In this document: positions 37,655 to 48,424 of the stretch, one piece after another
How positions within the stretch are numbered: the stretch's first letter is position 1
Layout: every line of letters starts with the position of its first letter
Assembly (NCBI GenBank): GCA_050014195.1
Contig: JBEKDT010000005.1
Span: forward strand, 1-64,000
Reading direction: 5' to 3'
DNA: 64,000 bases
Source: Desulfomonilia bacterium
GTDB taxonomy: Bacteria > Desulfobacterota > Desulfomonilia > UBA1062
Made by a program: the position numbers and the translations under genes
Notes under the pieces: model-generated
Seen by the model: the letters and a program-made list of their open reading frames with translations, nothing else
What the model was told of the DNA's origin: nothing
Databases searched by the model: none

Positions 37655-40600
37655 ATGAGACACCTAAAACCGACAAGAGGGCAGCTTATGGAAGAGTTAA
37701 CCGAGGCACAGCAACCGATCTCAGAGATGGTCATATCTGCATCAGAACACAATCAGGAGGAAGAAGCGCTTCGCCCTTTCGAGGAGCGTTACCGAAACAT
37801 CCTTGAGAGCATGGAAGAAATTTATTACGAAGTAGATCTGAATGGAAACTTCACATTCTTCAATGCCTCATCACTTAAGACCTTAGGTTACACCGATGAT
37901 GAACTCATGGGCATGAACTACCGGAAGTATATGGATGGGGAGAATGCTGAAAAGGTGCTTGAGGCTTTCCACAAGGTTTACCTCACAGGAGAAACCATAA
38001 ACGGATTTGATTATGAGATCATCACCAAGAATAGTAAGAAAATTGTTGTGGAGGCGTCCGTATCCATCAAAAAGGATAAAAATGGAAATCCTCTCGGATT
38101 TAAGGGTGTCATACGTGACATCACGACGAGGAAACAGGCAGAAAAGAAACTCAGGGAGAGTGAAGAAAGGTACAGGACAATCCTCGATAACATTGAGGAT
38201 GGCTACTATGAACTTGACCTCAACGGGAATCTCACCTTCTTCAATTACATGATTCCCACAATTTCAGGATACTCACCAGAAGAGCTCATGGGGAAAAACT
38301 ATCAGGAGTATGCAGATGTGGAGAGTATCCGACATATGGCTGACACGTATTATGAGGTGTTCAGAACAGGACAACCCTCCAAAGGACTGGAATGGAACAT
38401 CATGAGAAAAGATGGCTCCATGATTCCCCTTGAGTCATCCATTTCCCTCATCCGGGATAGGTCCGGTAAACCGACAGGATTCCGTGGTATCGTTCGAGAT
38501 ATTTCGGAGAGAAAACACACGGAGGAAGCGCTGCGCGAATCACAGCAAATGTTGCGCCTGGTGCTTGATACCATTCCTGTGAGGGTCTTCTGGAAAGACA
38601 AGGAGTTGAATTACCTTGGCTGTAACAAGCAATTTGCAAAAGACGCAGGGCTTAAATCGACTGATGAGATAATCGGCAGGAACGACTTTGACATGGTTTG
38701 GGTTAATCAGGCCGAACTTTATCGATCTGATGATCGTGCAGTTATAGAAAGTGGCAAGCAAAAACTTAATTATGAAGAACCCCAGACCACACCTACCGGA
38801 GATAAAATATGGCTGCATACAAGTAAGACACCTTTACTTGATAGCAATGGGATTATCAGTGGTGTGTTGGGAACATACGAGGATATTACCGTGCAGAAGC
38901 TGGCCCAAGAAGCACTGAGGGAATCCAAGCAACAAATGGCGGATATCATCAACTTTCTTCCCGATGCCACACTTGTCATTAACAAGGAAGGAATGGTCAT
39001 CGCTTGGAACAAGGCTATCGAGAAGATGACCGGCTTCAGTGCTGATGAAATGATCGGCAAGAAAAACTACGAGTATGCAATCCCCTTCTATGGAGAAAGA
39101 AGGCCTACTCTTATTGATCTCGTACTCATGCCCAAGGAAGAAGTCGAGAAGAAGTATTGCCACATCAAGCGCAAAGGTAGTCTGCTCATCGGAGATACCG
39201 ATGCCCCTGTTGTTAGGGGGCAGAAAAGTTTCCTTTCAGGGTGGGCGCAACCGATATATGACTCATCAGGAGAAATCGTCGGTGCCATAGAATGTATTCG
39301 TGATATCACTGACAAGCAAAGAGCTGAAGAAGCACTTCAGGAAAGTGAATCCCGCTATCGGTTGCTTGCAGAGAATGCCAGCGATATCATCTTCACCATG
39401 GATAAAGATCTTCAATTCACCTACATCAGCCCTTCTATAGAACGAGTACGTGGCTTCACTGTTGAAGAAGCTATGTCCCAGACACCTGCCGAGGCCTTGA
39501 CTCCGGCTTCTCTGGAAGTTGGTATGAATGTCTTCCTGGAAGAATTGGAGATCGAGGCCAGAGAAACCAAGGATCTTAGGAGAACTCGCACGGTGGAATT
39601 AGAAGAAACTTGCAAGGACGGATCTACCATCTGGACCGAAAGTACCTTTTCACCTTTGAGGGACAATGAAGAGAGGTTTACGGGTTTCCTGGGTATAACC
39701 CGTGATATCACTGGTCGTAAGCTTGCTGAGAAGTCTCTACAGGAGAGCGAAGAACGGTATCGAACGATCTTTGAGAATGCCACTGAGGGCATCTTCCAGA
39801 CAAAACCCGAGGGGTGGTTTCTGAGTGTGAACCCTGCTTTGGCACGGATGTTCGGGTTTTCTTCACCCCGGGAAATGATCGACACCGTTAAAAATTTGAA
39901 CCAGGAACTTTATGTAAACCCTAACGACCGGGAACACATGCTTGAGATTCTCCTGCAGAACCACCAGATTGAAGGGTATGAAGTTGAGTTTTACCGAAAA
40001 GACAGGAGCAAGATCTGGATTTCCCTCAATATTCACGTAGTGCGTGACGCGAAAGGGAATCCTTTATACTTTGAAGGTACAAATGTGGAAATCACCCAGC
40101 GCAAGCAAGCTGAAGAAGAGCGCAGAAAGCTCGAAGAGCAGCTGATGCAAGCCCAGAAGATGGAGTCTGTTGGTCGTTTAGCCGGGGGTGTGGCCCATGA
40201 CTTCAACAATATGCTCACACCGATTATGGGTTATGCAGAAATGCTCCTGGATGACCTTGCTCCGGATGATCCACACAGAAATAACGTTGCACAGATCTCC
40301 CACTCCGCAGAGCGGTCCAAGGGTCTGGTGATGCAGCTTCTGGCCTTTGCACGCAGGCAGACCCTGGAGATGAAACCTGTCAACCTGAACAGGGTGATTA
40401 CCGGGGTGAAAAATATGATTCAGCGTACTCTTCAAGAGAACGTGAAGATCGAAATCCGCCAAGCTCCGGTCCTGGGTGTAATCCAGGCTGATACCGGACA
40501 GGTTGAACAGATAATATTAAACCTTTCAGTCAATGCGCAGGATGCCATGCCGGATGGAGGGGCAATCTTCATCGAAACCTCAGAAGTTGTTTTAGACGAT

Positions 40601-41275
40601 ACTTATGCCAGAACCCACGAAGGGATCACTCCAGGGCATTACATCATGATGTCATTCATTGATACGGGCACTGGCATGGACAAGGAGACTCTCGAACATA
40701 TCTTTGAACCCTTCTACACCACCAAGGGGGCGGGAAAGGGAACGGGCCTCGGATTGGCAACAGTCTATGGCATTGTCAAGCAGCATGGAGGACATATCTC
40801 TGTTTATAGTGAAATTGGCAAGGGGACCATCTTTCGGATTTATTTTCCCAATTATGAAGGGGTTGATGCCCCTGCATCGGCAATTCGAATGAAAGAGAAA
40901 CCTTTGCATGGTACCGAGACGGTTCTAGTCGTGGAGGATGAAAACCAGGTACGTGATATTACTGTAAACGCACTCAGACACTATGGTTACACAGTCCTGG
41001 AAGCACAAGACGGCAGGACAGCACAGGAAGCATTTAATTCATATCAAGGAGACATCCACATGCTTCTTACAGATGTTATACTGCCTGATATGAATGGCCG
41101 TATGGTTTACACGCAACTCTCCAGTTTAAGAAATGAACTTAAGGTGCTCTACATGTCGGGATATACCTCTGATGTGATTAGTCACCACGGGGTGTTGGAG
41201 CCGGGTGTTCATTTCATCCAGAAGCCATTCAATCTCCAAGATCTTGCCTATAAGGTGCGGGATGTGCTTGACTAA
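37655..41275 (+). CDS. hybrid sensor histidine kinase with six PAS/PAC domains and a receiver
   Basis: Six PAS/PAC units, [36 protein letters not shown] (VVEDE...TDVILP...KPF). No TM segment. Confidence 0.93.
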   Translation: MRHLKPTRGQLMEELTEAQQPISEMVISASEHNQEEEALRPFEERYRNILESMEEIYYEVDLNGNFTFFNASSLKTLGYTDDELMGMNYRKYMDGENAEKVLEAFHKVYLTGETINGFDYEIITKNSKKIVVEASVSIKKDKNGNPLGFKGVIRDITTRKQAEKKLRESEERYRTILDNIEDGYYELDLNGNLTFFNYMIPTISGYSPEELMGKNYQEYADVESIRHMADTYYEVFRTGQPSKGLEWNIMRKDGSMIPLESSISLIRDRSGKPTGFRGIVRDISERKHTEEALRESQQMLRLVLDTIPVRVFWKDKELNYLGCNKQFAKDAGLKSTDEIIGRNDFDMVWVNQAELYRSDDRAVIESGKQKLNYEEPQTTPTGDKIWLHTSKTPLLDSNGIISGVLGTYEDITVQKLAQEALRESKQQMADIINFLPDATLVINKEGMVIAWNKAIEKMTGFSADEMIGKKNYEYAIPFYGERRPTLIDLVLMPKEEVEKKYCHIKRKGSLLIGDTDAPVVRGQKSFLSGWAQPIYDSSGEIVGAIECIRDITDKQRAEEALQESESRYRLLAENASDIIFTMDKDLQFTYISPSIERVRGFTVEEAMSQTPAEALTPASLEVGMNVFLEELEIEARETKDLRRTRTVELEETCKDGSTIWTESTFSPLRDNEERFTGFLGITRDITGRKLAEKSLQESEERYRTIFENATEGIFQTKPEGWFLSVNPALARMFGFSSPREMIDTVKNLNQELYVNPNDREHMLEILLQNHQIEGYEVEFYRKDRSKIWISLNIHVVRDAKGNPLYFEGTNVEITQRKQAEEERRKLEEQLMQAQKMESVGRLAGGVAHDFNNMLTPIMGYAEMLLDDLAPDDPHRNNVAQISHSAERSKGLVMQLLAFARRQTLEMKPVNLNRVITGVKNMIQRTLQENVKIEIRQAPVLGVIQADTGQVEQIILNLSVNAQDAMPDGGAIFIETSEVVLDDTYARTHEGITPGHYIMMSFIDTGTGMDKETLEHIFEPFYTTKGAGKGTGLGLATVYGIVKQHGGHISVYSEIGKGTIFRIYFPNYEGVDAPASAIRMKEKPLHGTETVLVVEDENQVRDITVNALRHYGYTVLEAQDGRTAQEAFNSYQGDIHMLLTDVILPDMNGRMVYTQLSSLRNELKVLYMSGYTSDVISHHGVLEPGVHFIQKPFNLQDLAYKVRDVLD

Positions 41276-41388
41276 GGGTGATAGCCTGGAAATGTGACTT
41301 GATAACAGGGTACGAATGTAATGTAATTACCCTCTAGAATCAATACCAATCATGCGGTTAAATTTTTTTTGTAACTGATCAGATAGTA

Positions 41389-41535
41389 GTAGCAAAGCCC
41401 TTGGTATGGATAATTTGTATTATACTCCTTGATCCAGACTTCTGTTATAGTAGAAGCATTGATTACTTCGATAGATATACGTTTTCAAAAGGTCAGAAAA
41501 CTGATGATCTTGAGAAGAGATCGATGCAAAGTCTC
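41389..41535 (-). mobile_element. degenerate IS3/IS481-type transposase C-terminal remnant
   Basis: Minus frame reads ETLHRSLLK...*...ITEVWIKEYNTNYPYQGLCY, resembling the integrase-core W..EYN..RPHQ.LGY motif, with an internal stop. Confidence 0.45.
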
Positions 41536-41635
41536 ACTTCATTTCTCCAAGCTATCGAAGGCACCTGATCTCTCTCCTGATGAGGATATTCTTCCGGCGC
41601 AGGCTGCCAGCATAAGGAGGCACCACCATGGGGCC

Positions 41636-42442
41636 TCACCTCCGGGAGCCAAGAAATCCTAAGTCCAGGCCCTCGACGGCCGCAAGGGCAACCCGGACGG
41701 CATCCGACTCGGCCTTGTCCTTGACCGAGAGGTCCACCGCCTCGCCCGTGGTGGGGTCGTCGATGACCGCACATACACACCCGGCGGCAAAGCCGTATAC
41801 ACCCGCCATCTTGAAGAGTGTCCCGCATTCCATCTCATAGTTCAAGATGTTCAGGTGAGCGTACTCCTCGGTGATGCCCTGCAGGCGCCGCAGCAAGTGA
41901 GTGTTGGCTGAAGTGAGCGTGCGCTCCTGGCCCTCGAAGAATGTGTCGACCGATGCGGTTATGCCCAGGTGCCAGTCCACACCGAGTTGCCTGGCTGCCT
42001 TCACCAGGGCCACGGTGATGAATGGGTCGGCTGCGGCAGGGTACTCCACGGGCGCGATGTCGAGCGCTGCACCCTGCCGGCACAGCGCCGCCTTGGATAT
42101 GATGGCGCCTCCGGACCTGATGGAGTCTTGGATGGAGCCCGTGGTGCCCACGCGGATGATAAGCCTGATACCCACCTGGTAGAGCTCGTTTACCACAATG
42201 CTCGTAGAAGGTGCACCCATGCCGGATGTAGCCAGCAAAAGCGGCCTCCCCTGTTCCGTTGAGGTAAGGCAACTCACCAGCCCCCGCTTCTCGGAGAGAA
42301 GCCTAGCCTGCTTGATCCCGGGAAAGCCTCCTGCAATCCTTCTGATACGGTCCGGGTCACCGCAGAGCAGGGCGCACAGGGGCGGGTCTGTCCCGAGGTC
42401 CGATTGAGAGAAACCGATGTGATACTTCGGCGCATCAGCCAT
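41636..42442 (-). CDS. nucleoside (uridine-type) phosphorylase
   Basis: YHIG, CGDPDR, SGMGAPST, IRVGTTG, FFEGQER, NYEMEC. Confidence 0.88.
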   Translation of the reverse strand: MADAPKYHIGFSQSDLGTDPPLCALLCGDPDRIRRIAGGFPGIKQARLLSEKRGLVSCLTSTEQGRPLLLATSGMGAPSTSIVVNELYQVGIRLIIRVGTTGSIQDSIRSGGAIISKAALCRQGAALDIAPVEYPAAADPFITVALVKAARQLGVDWHLGITASVDTFFEGQERTLTSANTHLLRRLQGITEEYAHLNILNYEMECGTLFKMAGVYGFAAGCVCAVIDDPTTGEAVDLSVKDKAESDAVRVALAAVEGLDLGFLGSRR

Positions 42443-42513
42443 ATCATCACCCCCTTGTCAATGAGAATTCCTTTGCCTCCTGATCGCGCCTTGATCCCTG
42501 AAGCTGCTCCACA

Positions 42514-44016
42514 TTATTCAAGCAAGGCAATTGAACGTTTGATGAGCAGGTCCATGTCGTTACTCACGCCCTTGCCCACTTTGACGAGAAATGCGCCGAT
42601 ACTCAAGCCCGCCCTTATCCTGAAGAGGTTTACCCTGTGAAGAAATTCATCCCGATCAGGCACGGATGCCTCCTCAAGGTAGTGCGCTATAAAATCTTCT
42701 CTGCGATAGGCATCGAGCGCCCGCGGGTGCAACCTGAGCTGATTCTCGAACTGCTCAAGGAAATATCCCACGTCAAATGCAGGAGAGAACAGCATGGCAT
42801 TGCCGAAGTCGATGACCGAGATGAACAGGGTGCTGATGTCCTGCATCCTGTCCTGGCCGATGATGATGTTCTTCGGGTGATAATCACCATGCACAAGTAC
42901 GAAATCGGCGTATGATTTCTCGAACAAGCCCTCTTCGAAGGACTTGACCGTGTCGATAAGGCGGCGGACCCGGCTCAGGTAAGGGCTGGAGCTTTTCTCG
43001 AATGACTTTTCATACGATGCAAACCGCTGCCGCTCCCGGGCCATGGTATTTTGTACAGAGCCCATGCGGATCCGTTGCGAATGCAGACGGGCAAGCCACC
43101 TGGCCGCCAGGGTGATATAGGATTTTCCCGTAGCCTCGCTCACCTTGGCCAGCAGGTCGAAGAGGTTCCTTCCCCGCTGTCCCTCTTCAATGACCAGCCT
43201 CTCCTCCTCATTGATCTCGAAGATCCTGGGGACTCTGAAGGTGCCCCCGGAAAAGCCGTGCTCGTGGACCTCGCTCACGATCCGGGATGTATCCCTTAAA
43301 GGCATCCATTTTTCCGACTTGCCCGGCCTCTTGAGGATGATCCTGCTTCGCGCTTCATCATCCCCCTTGGTTCCCAACGTAATCTCCTGGACAAGCATAT
43401 TCCCGCCCGCCTTTGGAATCTCTTTGTAAAAAGGCCGGCATCTGCCATACCTGATCTCGGAGGCGACCTCAGTTATGGAGGTGACGGGGTGGTCGAACTG
43501 GGTGGGAAGGATGCCTGCCGTATCATCGGCATGCGTATCGCTGCCGCTTATGGCCGTAAAACGGTGCTTATGCCAGAGCTTGAGCCCCAGATAGTTTTCA
43601 CTTAAGGTATGGTTGCTGCTGAAGATCTCGATGGCCTCAAACCTGTTATCAGTTAGCTTTTTCGCATAGGGCACCTTGCCTTCCCGGAAGGGATGGGCCC
43701 ACACAAGGGCTGCATCGGGAAATGCACTCTTGAGCTTTTCAAGGCTTATCCTCTCCGGAATGGTATCCTGGGGGCCATAGACGAGCACGTGTCCGAAATC
43801 GGTTTCCACCTCCTGGCCGGCAAGGATAACGAAATGCTCACTCACCTCTGCAGCCTTCCTGAGTTCCTGAATCTCCTCGGCGCTCCAAAGGTAGTGGTGT
43901 TCGGTGATAATGAGCCCCTGGAGGCCCTTGCGGAGTACACCCCTGACAAGTGAAACCGGGTCGATGCGGCTGCAGGATGAGTGCTTTGAGGTATGGGCGT
44001 GCATCTCTATGAGCAT
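42514..44016 (-). CDS. PHP-domain / APH-like phosphotransferase fusion protein
   Basis: N-terminal EMHAHT, TEHH, GHVL, AHP, GSDTH (PHP). C-terminal HGDYHPKN...IDFG (APH/choline-kinase fold). Confidence 0.85.
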   Translation of the reverse strand: MLIEMHAHTSKHSSCSRIDPVSLVRGVLRKGLQGLIITEHHYLWSAEEIQELRKAAEVSEHFVILAGQEVETDFGHVLVYGPQDTIPERISLEKLKSAFPDAALVWAHPFREGKVPYAKKLTDNRFEAIEIFSSNHTLSENYLGLKLWHKHRFTAISGSDTHADDTAGILPTQFDHPVTSITEVASEIRYGRCRPFYKEIPKAGGNMLVQEITLGTKGDDEARSRIILKRPGKSEKWMPLRDTSRIVSEVHEHGFSGGTFRVPRIFEINEEERLVIEEGQRGRNLFDLLAKVSEATGKSYITLAARWLARLHSQRIRMGSVQNTMARERQRFASYEKSFEKSSSPYLSRVRRLIDTVKSFEEGLFEKSYADFVLVHGDYHPKNIIIGQDRMQDISTLFISVIDFGNAMLFSPAFDVGYFLEQFENQLRLHPRALDAYRREDFIAHYLEEASVPDRDEFLHRVNLFRIRAGLSIGAFLVKVGKGVSNDMDLLIKRSIALLE

Positions 44017-44056
44017 CTTGATATCATCCTTTCATGGCCGCTCTCAAGGCCGTGCC

Positions 44057-44179
44057 TCAGCCGGAGAGGCAATCCACGTCGCCCGTGTAGATGAGGATAA
44101 TGGGCACGGCAAGCGCTAAGGCCTTCAGCCCTATGAGGTATCGCTTGCCACGCACAGGTTGCCGTACCTCATTTCCCAT
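44057..44179 (-). CDS. possible 40-aa single-TM small protein
   Basis: MGNEVRQPVRGKRYLIGLKALALAVPIILIYTGDVDCLSG. The ATG overlaps the end of the DUF362 gene and the ORF fills the gap before the PHP gene. Confidence 0.3.
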   Translation of the reverse strand: MGNEVRQPVRGKRYLIGLKALALAVPIILIYTGDVDCLSG

Positions 44180-45191
44180 CAAATCCTATCTCCTGCGCAT
44201 AGGAGAACTGCCGCTGCCAGGGCAGGTACGAATGGGCTCTGGTAATAATGTCTGCGCCGAGACGTGAAACCGAATCGGCATCCAGGGCAACCGGGTGGTA
44301 GCCGCCTGTGAACCCGATATCGCCTGCAATGATATCGGTCTTCCCGGGCAGACAGTCGCACTCGGCAGTGATCTTTATGAGTGCATTGATGAGCACGGTC
44401 TTTTTGCCTATTATCCGCCACACCGCAGCAGCGGTCTCAATAAGCTTCTCCTGGAACGCCGCGTGATCCTCACCCCATAGGATCCGCAGGGCCATCTCCG
44501 GGCACTGGGCAATGCACTGGGCACACCCGATGCAGACTTCAAGGTCATAGCTCGGGTACTCGCCATCAATGATACTGGCTGCACCGGTGGGGCAAACCTC
44601 GGTGCAGATACCGCACTTGCTGCACTTTTTCTGACTGAGTATAGGCTTCACATCCGAATGCATGCGCTGCTTCTGGGCACGGGATGCAAACCCCATGGAG
44701 ATGTTCTTGATGGCCCCGCCGAAGCCTGCAGCGAGATGCGCCTTGAAATGGGAAAAGATGACGAAGCCGTTTGTCTTCGCGGCAAGGGAGGTAACCTGGG
44801 CGGTCTTGAAGTGCTTGTAGCCGGCAGGGATATCGATGACGTCCCGGCCGTCCAAGCCGTCTGCGATTACCACCGGGCAGCCGAGGAATTCCTCGGTATA
44901 GCCGTGCTGCCTAGCCGTCTCCAGCGAGTCTCTCCCGGTGTGCCTGCCCCCGGAATAGAGCACCGTGGTGTCTAAGATGAAAGGTTTGCAACCCTTTGAA
45001 GTAAGCCAGCGGACAATCTCCCGGGCATAGATCGGGTCGAGGAAGCTGTTATTGCCCTGCTCTCCCCAGTGGAGCTTGACACCCACGGAGTCGCCCTTGG
45101 AGAATGGAGGCTTAAGCATCTCCAGTAATACGCTCAGCGATGGTAGTGTCCCTTGCTGTGTCCCATCCGATTTTTGAAAGAGTATATCCAT
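44169..45191 (-). CDS. DUF362 domain Fe-S protein
   Basis: VKLHWGE, IADG..G, SHFKAH..GFGGAIKN, CSKCGICTEVCP, CIGCAQCIAQCP, ECDC, PVALD. Confidence 0.88.
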   Translation of the reverse strand: MDILFQKSDGTQQGTLPSLSVLLEMLKPPFSKGDSVGVKLHWGEQGNNSFLDPIYAREIVRWLTSKGCKPFILDTTVLYSGGRHTGRDSLETARQHGYTEEFLGCPVVIADGLDGRDVIDIPAGYKHFKTAQVTSLAAKTNGFVIFSHFKAHLAAGFGGAIKNISMGFASRAQKQRMHSDVKPILSQKKCSKCGICTEVCPTGAASIIDGEYPSYDLEVCIGCAQCIAQCPEMALRILWGEDHAAFQEKLIETAAAVWRIIGKKTVLINALIKITAECDCLPGKTDIIAGDIGFTGGYHPVALDADSVSRLGADIITRAHSYLPWQRQFSYAQEIGFDGK

Positions 45192-45317
45192 GGCACCTTC
45201 CTTATTGTTTGTTCGGCTTATTCATTCAGTTTGCCTTTTTGTGATCATTTGTCAACACCACCATTGCCGAGTGGGGGTAGAGGTTCCGTCACTATTCACT
45301 AGTCACTGCCTTTCCGT

Positions 45318-45965
45318 TCACTGCTCGCTAAAGGCCTCAAGCGCGTTCCTTGCCAGCATGCGCTTCTTCGCATGCGGCAGATAGAGTCTGGAGACCTCTC
45401 CTGTCTTAAGGTCGAAGACGTTCACATATTCCCTGCCCGTGAGGTTTTCTCCATAGATCCCGACCTGGATGATGGCAGGATCATTGGCATTCCCGGTCTG
45501 ATGGATTCCTTTGTTCAAAGGGAAAACCGGATAGGTCTCTCCGGTCGGTATGAACTGCCGTGAACACTCCTCGAGGACTGCATGCCGTTCATCCGAACCG
45601 TCATCCAGTCTCCTGAAATTGATGATGTCCAGTGTCCCCAGGGCCGTACCGATGACGCCCCAGGAGTTATGATCGTGAATAGGATCGTATTCACCCGGCC
45701 CCCACAGGTAAAACCTCACTGAAAACATCTTTCCGGGGTCCCGGTAGAGTACTATCTCACTGTCAAACATGGTAGCGGAACTTACATCAGGGTATGGCCT
45801 GTTTTCCACGATGGCCCGCAATACCGTCTTAAGAAGCGCCTTGTCCTTCAGGAGATTCGGAAGCTCCTGCCTGAAAAAATCCTTGCGGGCGCCGGTATCC
45901 GTAAGCGTCTTTACCTCCTGTGACCATCGTGCAAAGTGATCAAGGATTTCAAGCCTCATTTCCAT
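45318..45965 (-). CDS. cysteine dioxygenase-like cupin
   Basis: W.PG..PIHDH.SWG...IH three-His pattern and C-terminal IYG. Start uncertain (45965/45977/45989). Confidence 0.78.
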   Translation of the reverse strand: MEMRLEILDHFARWSQEVKTLTDTGARKDFFRQELPNLLKDKALLKTVLRAIVENRPYPDVSSATMFDSEIVLYRDPGKMFSVRFYLWGPGEYDPIHDHNSWGVIGTALGTLDIINFRRLDDGSDERHAVLEECSRQFIPTGETYPVFPLNKGIHQTGNANDPAIIQVGIYGENLTGREYVNVFDLKTGEVSRLYLPHAKKRMLARNALEAFSEQ

Positions 45966-45985
45966 GACGAGAAACATCCTCCCAA

Positions 45986-47908
45986 TCAATAAATTTCCAG
46001 GCGAACATACTGATCATAGAACGCAGAGCATGTCCCCATGTCGGTGAGCTGCGGGGATATAAGCCGGTTTATTCCACCACCAAGCCTCATCCAGTCTCCC
46101 CTGCGATAGACAACGACTTCGGGGTGAAGGCCCTTCATCGTCTCGATACGCACCTGCATTCGGCCAAGCGGGGAGACAAGGAAAACGGGTCGTGCGCGGT
46201 CAATGCCCTTGAGAAACCTGTTCTCTGGTGATATCCACACAAAAGGCGGCATATCCTGGTCTCCCGGCAGGATCTGGGAATGCATGAAGCCTTTCCGGAT
46301 AAGGCTCATGAGCCTCAGGGGGTACCCCTCCGGCGGGGCAGGTTCATCATGGAGTGCCGCAGGAAACCGGTACTTCCCGTCCTCATGGTCGAATTTCATG
46401 CCCTTATACGGCACGGGCGGCCTTCTTGCCTTTGCAAACCCCTTCAGCTTCAACTCATCGAGGGTGATATCGAGATAGGGCGAATGAAGGGACTCCCCGA
46501 GGCATGCTGAAGCATCGGGAAGCACGATAGGCGGATCAAGGCGCCTGCCGAGTTCCGTCAGGATCCAGAAATCGGGCCTGGCCTCACCGGGAGGTTCCAG
46601 TATCTCTTTCACATACTGCACATAGTCATGCATGTAGGACGCAACGATGTCCTCCTGCTCGAGCATCAGAGTGGGCGGCAGAACAAGGTCTGCACGCAAG
46701 GCGGTATCGGTCATGAATGCATCGACCACCATCTTGAACTCGATCTTCTCAAATGCGGCTGCAGTACCCTGGGCCCCGGGCGCCTGGTTAATCATATTGG
46801 AGCCATCCACCCAGATCATCCTGATGGGCGGATCATGCGCCTCGGAAATATCCTGCCCGATGAGCGGCATGCGCAGGAACCTTGCTCCCTCACTCCGGCC
46901 CTGGCCTGTCCAGGAGAGATTGAGGTTCCTCAGGGAATTCAGGTGGAAGTAGCTGCCCCCTCCCCTGATGCCGATATTACCGGAGAGCATGGCCAGCGCA
47001 TTGATGAACCTGACGTTCTGGCCGCCGTATCGATGCCTCTGGAGGCCGGCACCGATGATGGTGGCCGTGGGGTGCGTCTTTATATAGAAATCATACACCA
47101 GCTCTGCCTGCTCCCGTGATACCCCGCAGGCCTTCAGCAGATCATCGAGATGATTGCTTAAGATGAGTCCTTTGAATTCATCATAGTTATTCGTGCACCC
47201 CATGATCTCAGGGCGGATGGCGCCTCGCTCTATCATGAGCCTGACCACGGCTGCCGCCAGAAGCCTGTCCGTACCGGGCCGGATGAGGACCATATCATCG
47301 GAATGGTCCTTATTGAGATCGCCGCCCGGTGAGATGGTGAGCACCTTGGTCCCCTGCTGCCCGGCCTTACGGACAAGGGATGCCATGTGGATGGAGCTTC
47401 GCAGCAGATCTTTACCCCAGTTGACGATTGCCCTGGCATCCAGCAGCATCTCCATATCCGGGGTTTCCCGAGATCCGAAATCCTTCATGCACGCACTGTA
47501 GCCTGCAGAATCGCACAGGGAGCCCTGCACCCTGCTTGCGCCGAGCAATGTAAAAAACAGGTGCCCTGCCTGTTTGAGGACACCCTTGGCTCCTTCACCA
47601 TGAAAATAGAGAATGGAAGAGGGCTCTTTAGAGTAAACTCGAATTTTGTCGGCACACAAATCCAGTGCCGATTCCCAGTCGATGCGATCCCAGGTATCAC
47701 CGTTCCTGCGCATGGGATATATGATCCGCTCCGCGCTTTTCATACGGCGGAGATAGGCCTGCATCTTAGGGCAGGCGAAGCCTTTTGTAACAGGGTGTTC
47801 CGGATTCCCTCTGATGCGTATCCCTCCGCCGGATTCCTGAGAGATGATCAATGAACAAGCATCCGGGCAATCCATGGTACAGGCGGTAATGAGACGAGAT
47901 TTTCCCAT
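45986..47908 (-). CDS. molybdopterin (bis-MGD) oxidoreductase
   Basis: CTMDCPDAC...CPK, SLCDSAG (Cys ligand position), IRPGTD, ADLVLP. No Tat signal. Confidence 0.88.
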   Translation of the reverse strand: MGKSRLITACTMDCPDACSLIISQESGGGIRIRGNPEHPVTKGFACPKMQAYLRRMKSAERIIYPMRRNGDTWDRIDWESALDLCADKIRVYSKEPSSILYFHGEGAKGVLKQAGHLFFTLLGASRVQGSLCDSAGYSACMKDFGSRETPDMEMLLDARAIVNWGKDLLRSSIHMASLVRKAGQQGTKVLTISPGGDLNKDHSDDMVLIRPGTDRLLAAAVVRLMIERGAIRPEIMGCTNNYDEFKGLILSNHLDDLLKACGVSREQAELVYDFYIKTHPTATIIGAGLQRHRYGGQNVRFINALAMLSGNIGIRGGGSYFHLNSLRNLNLSWTGQGRSEGARFLRMPLIGQDISEAHDPPIRMIWVDGSNMINQAPGAQGTAAAFEKIEFKMVVDAFMTDTALRADLVLPPTLMLEQEDIVASYMHDYVQYVKEILEPPGEARPDFWILTELGRRLDPPIVLPDASACLGESLHSPYLDITLDELKLKGFAKARRPPVPYKGMKFDHEDGKYRFPAALHDEPAPPEGYPLRLMSLIRKGFMHSQILPGDQDMPPFVWISPENRFLKGIDRARPVFLVSPLGRMQVRIETMKGLHPEVVVYRRGDWMRLGGGINRLISPQLTDMGTCSAFYDQYVRLEIY

Positions 47909-47956
47909 ATATACATGGATAGAGATCACAAGCCGGACAATCAAGAGGGATTATAT

Positions 47957-48020
47957 CCTTTATCCGCCTCATGCTTTATGAATCTCCAGTGAAAAAAAGA
48001 ATGTATGAGGCGGATAAAGG
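47957..48020. repeat. perfect 16-bp inverted repeat
   Basis: CCTTTATCCGCCTCAT (47957-72) and ATGAGGCGGATAAAGG (48005-20), 32-nt spacer. Confidence 0.8.
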
Positions 48021-48034
48021 TGTAAGGGTGTGTC

Positions 48035-48343
48035 CTATTGCCTCAAGCTCCTTGGTGAACAGAGTACATATGACTGAAGCGGGACCCGGTAGATCTGTAC
48101 CGTGATGCCCTGTATCGGGTTAACCTCCATGGCGACATAGCGCCTTGCCAGCTCCTTCCTGAGCCGGCCTACGCGCTCGTTAAGATGCCAGGCCTTGTCG
48201 TCTTTGGCCAATCCCAGGAGATTTTTAACCTCCAGCGGCGGCAGGATGAAGCCCTGGCACTGGAATTTCAGAAGCTCCATGATGGAGGATGCAGCTTGTT
48301 TGCAACTCTTTGCTGATTCAGTCATTACATGTTCACTCAACAT
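48035..48343 (-). CDS. hypothetical protein (102 aa), sigma54-driven
   Basis: ORF with a GGGAAGGG RBS-like sequence downstream of a sigma54 box. Confidence 0.6.
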   Translation of the reverse strand: MLSEHVMTESAKSCKQAASSIMELLKFQCQGFILPPLEVKNLLGLAKDDKAWHLNERVGRLRKELARRYVAMEVNPIQGITVQIYRVPLQSYVLCSPRSLRQ

Positions 48344-48408
48344 CGCGCCACCCTTCCCACCCCGACGGGGTATCTGCTATAATAAGAAGCCGTTTCAACA
48401 GCTTAAGG

Positions 48409-48424
48409 AGCAATGACCATGCCA
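48409..48424 (-). promoter_or_regulatory. sigma54 (-24/-12) promoter
   Basis: Minus strand TGGCAT-GGTCA-TTGCT with an AT-rich upstream region. Confidence 0.7.

Noticed and set aside
44057-44059. Sec read-through of the small ORF TGA
   Set aside because: The context is CLSG-TGA, not CxxU; only 10 codons follow and I saw no convincing SECIS.
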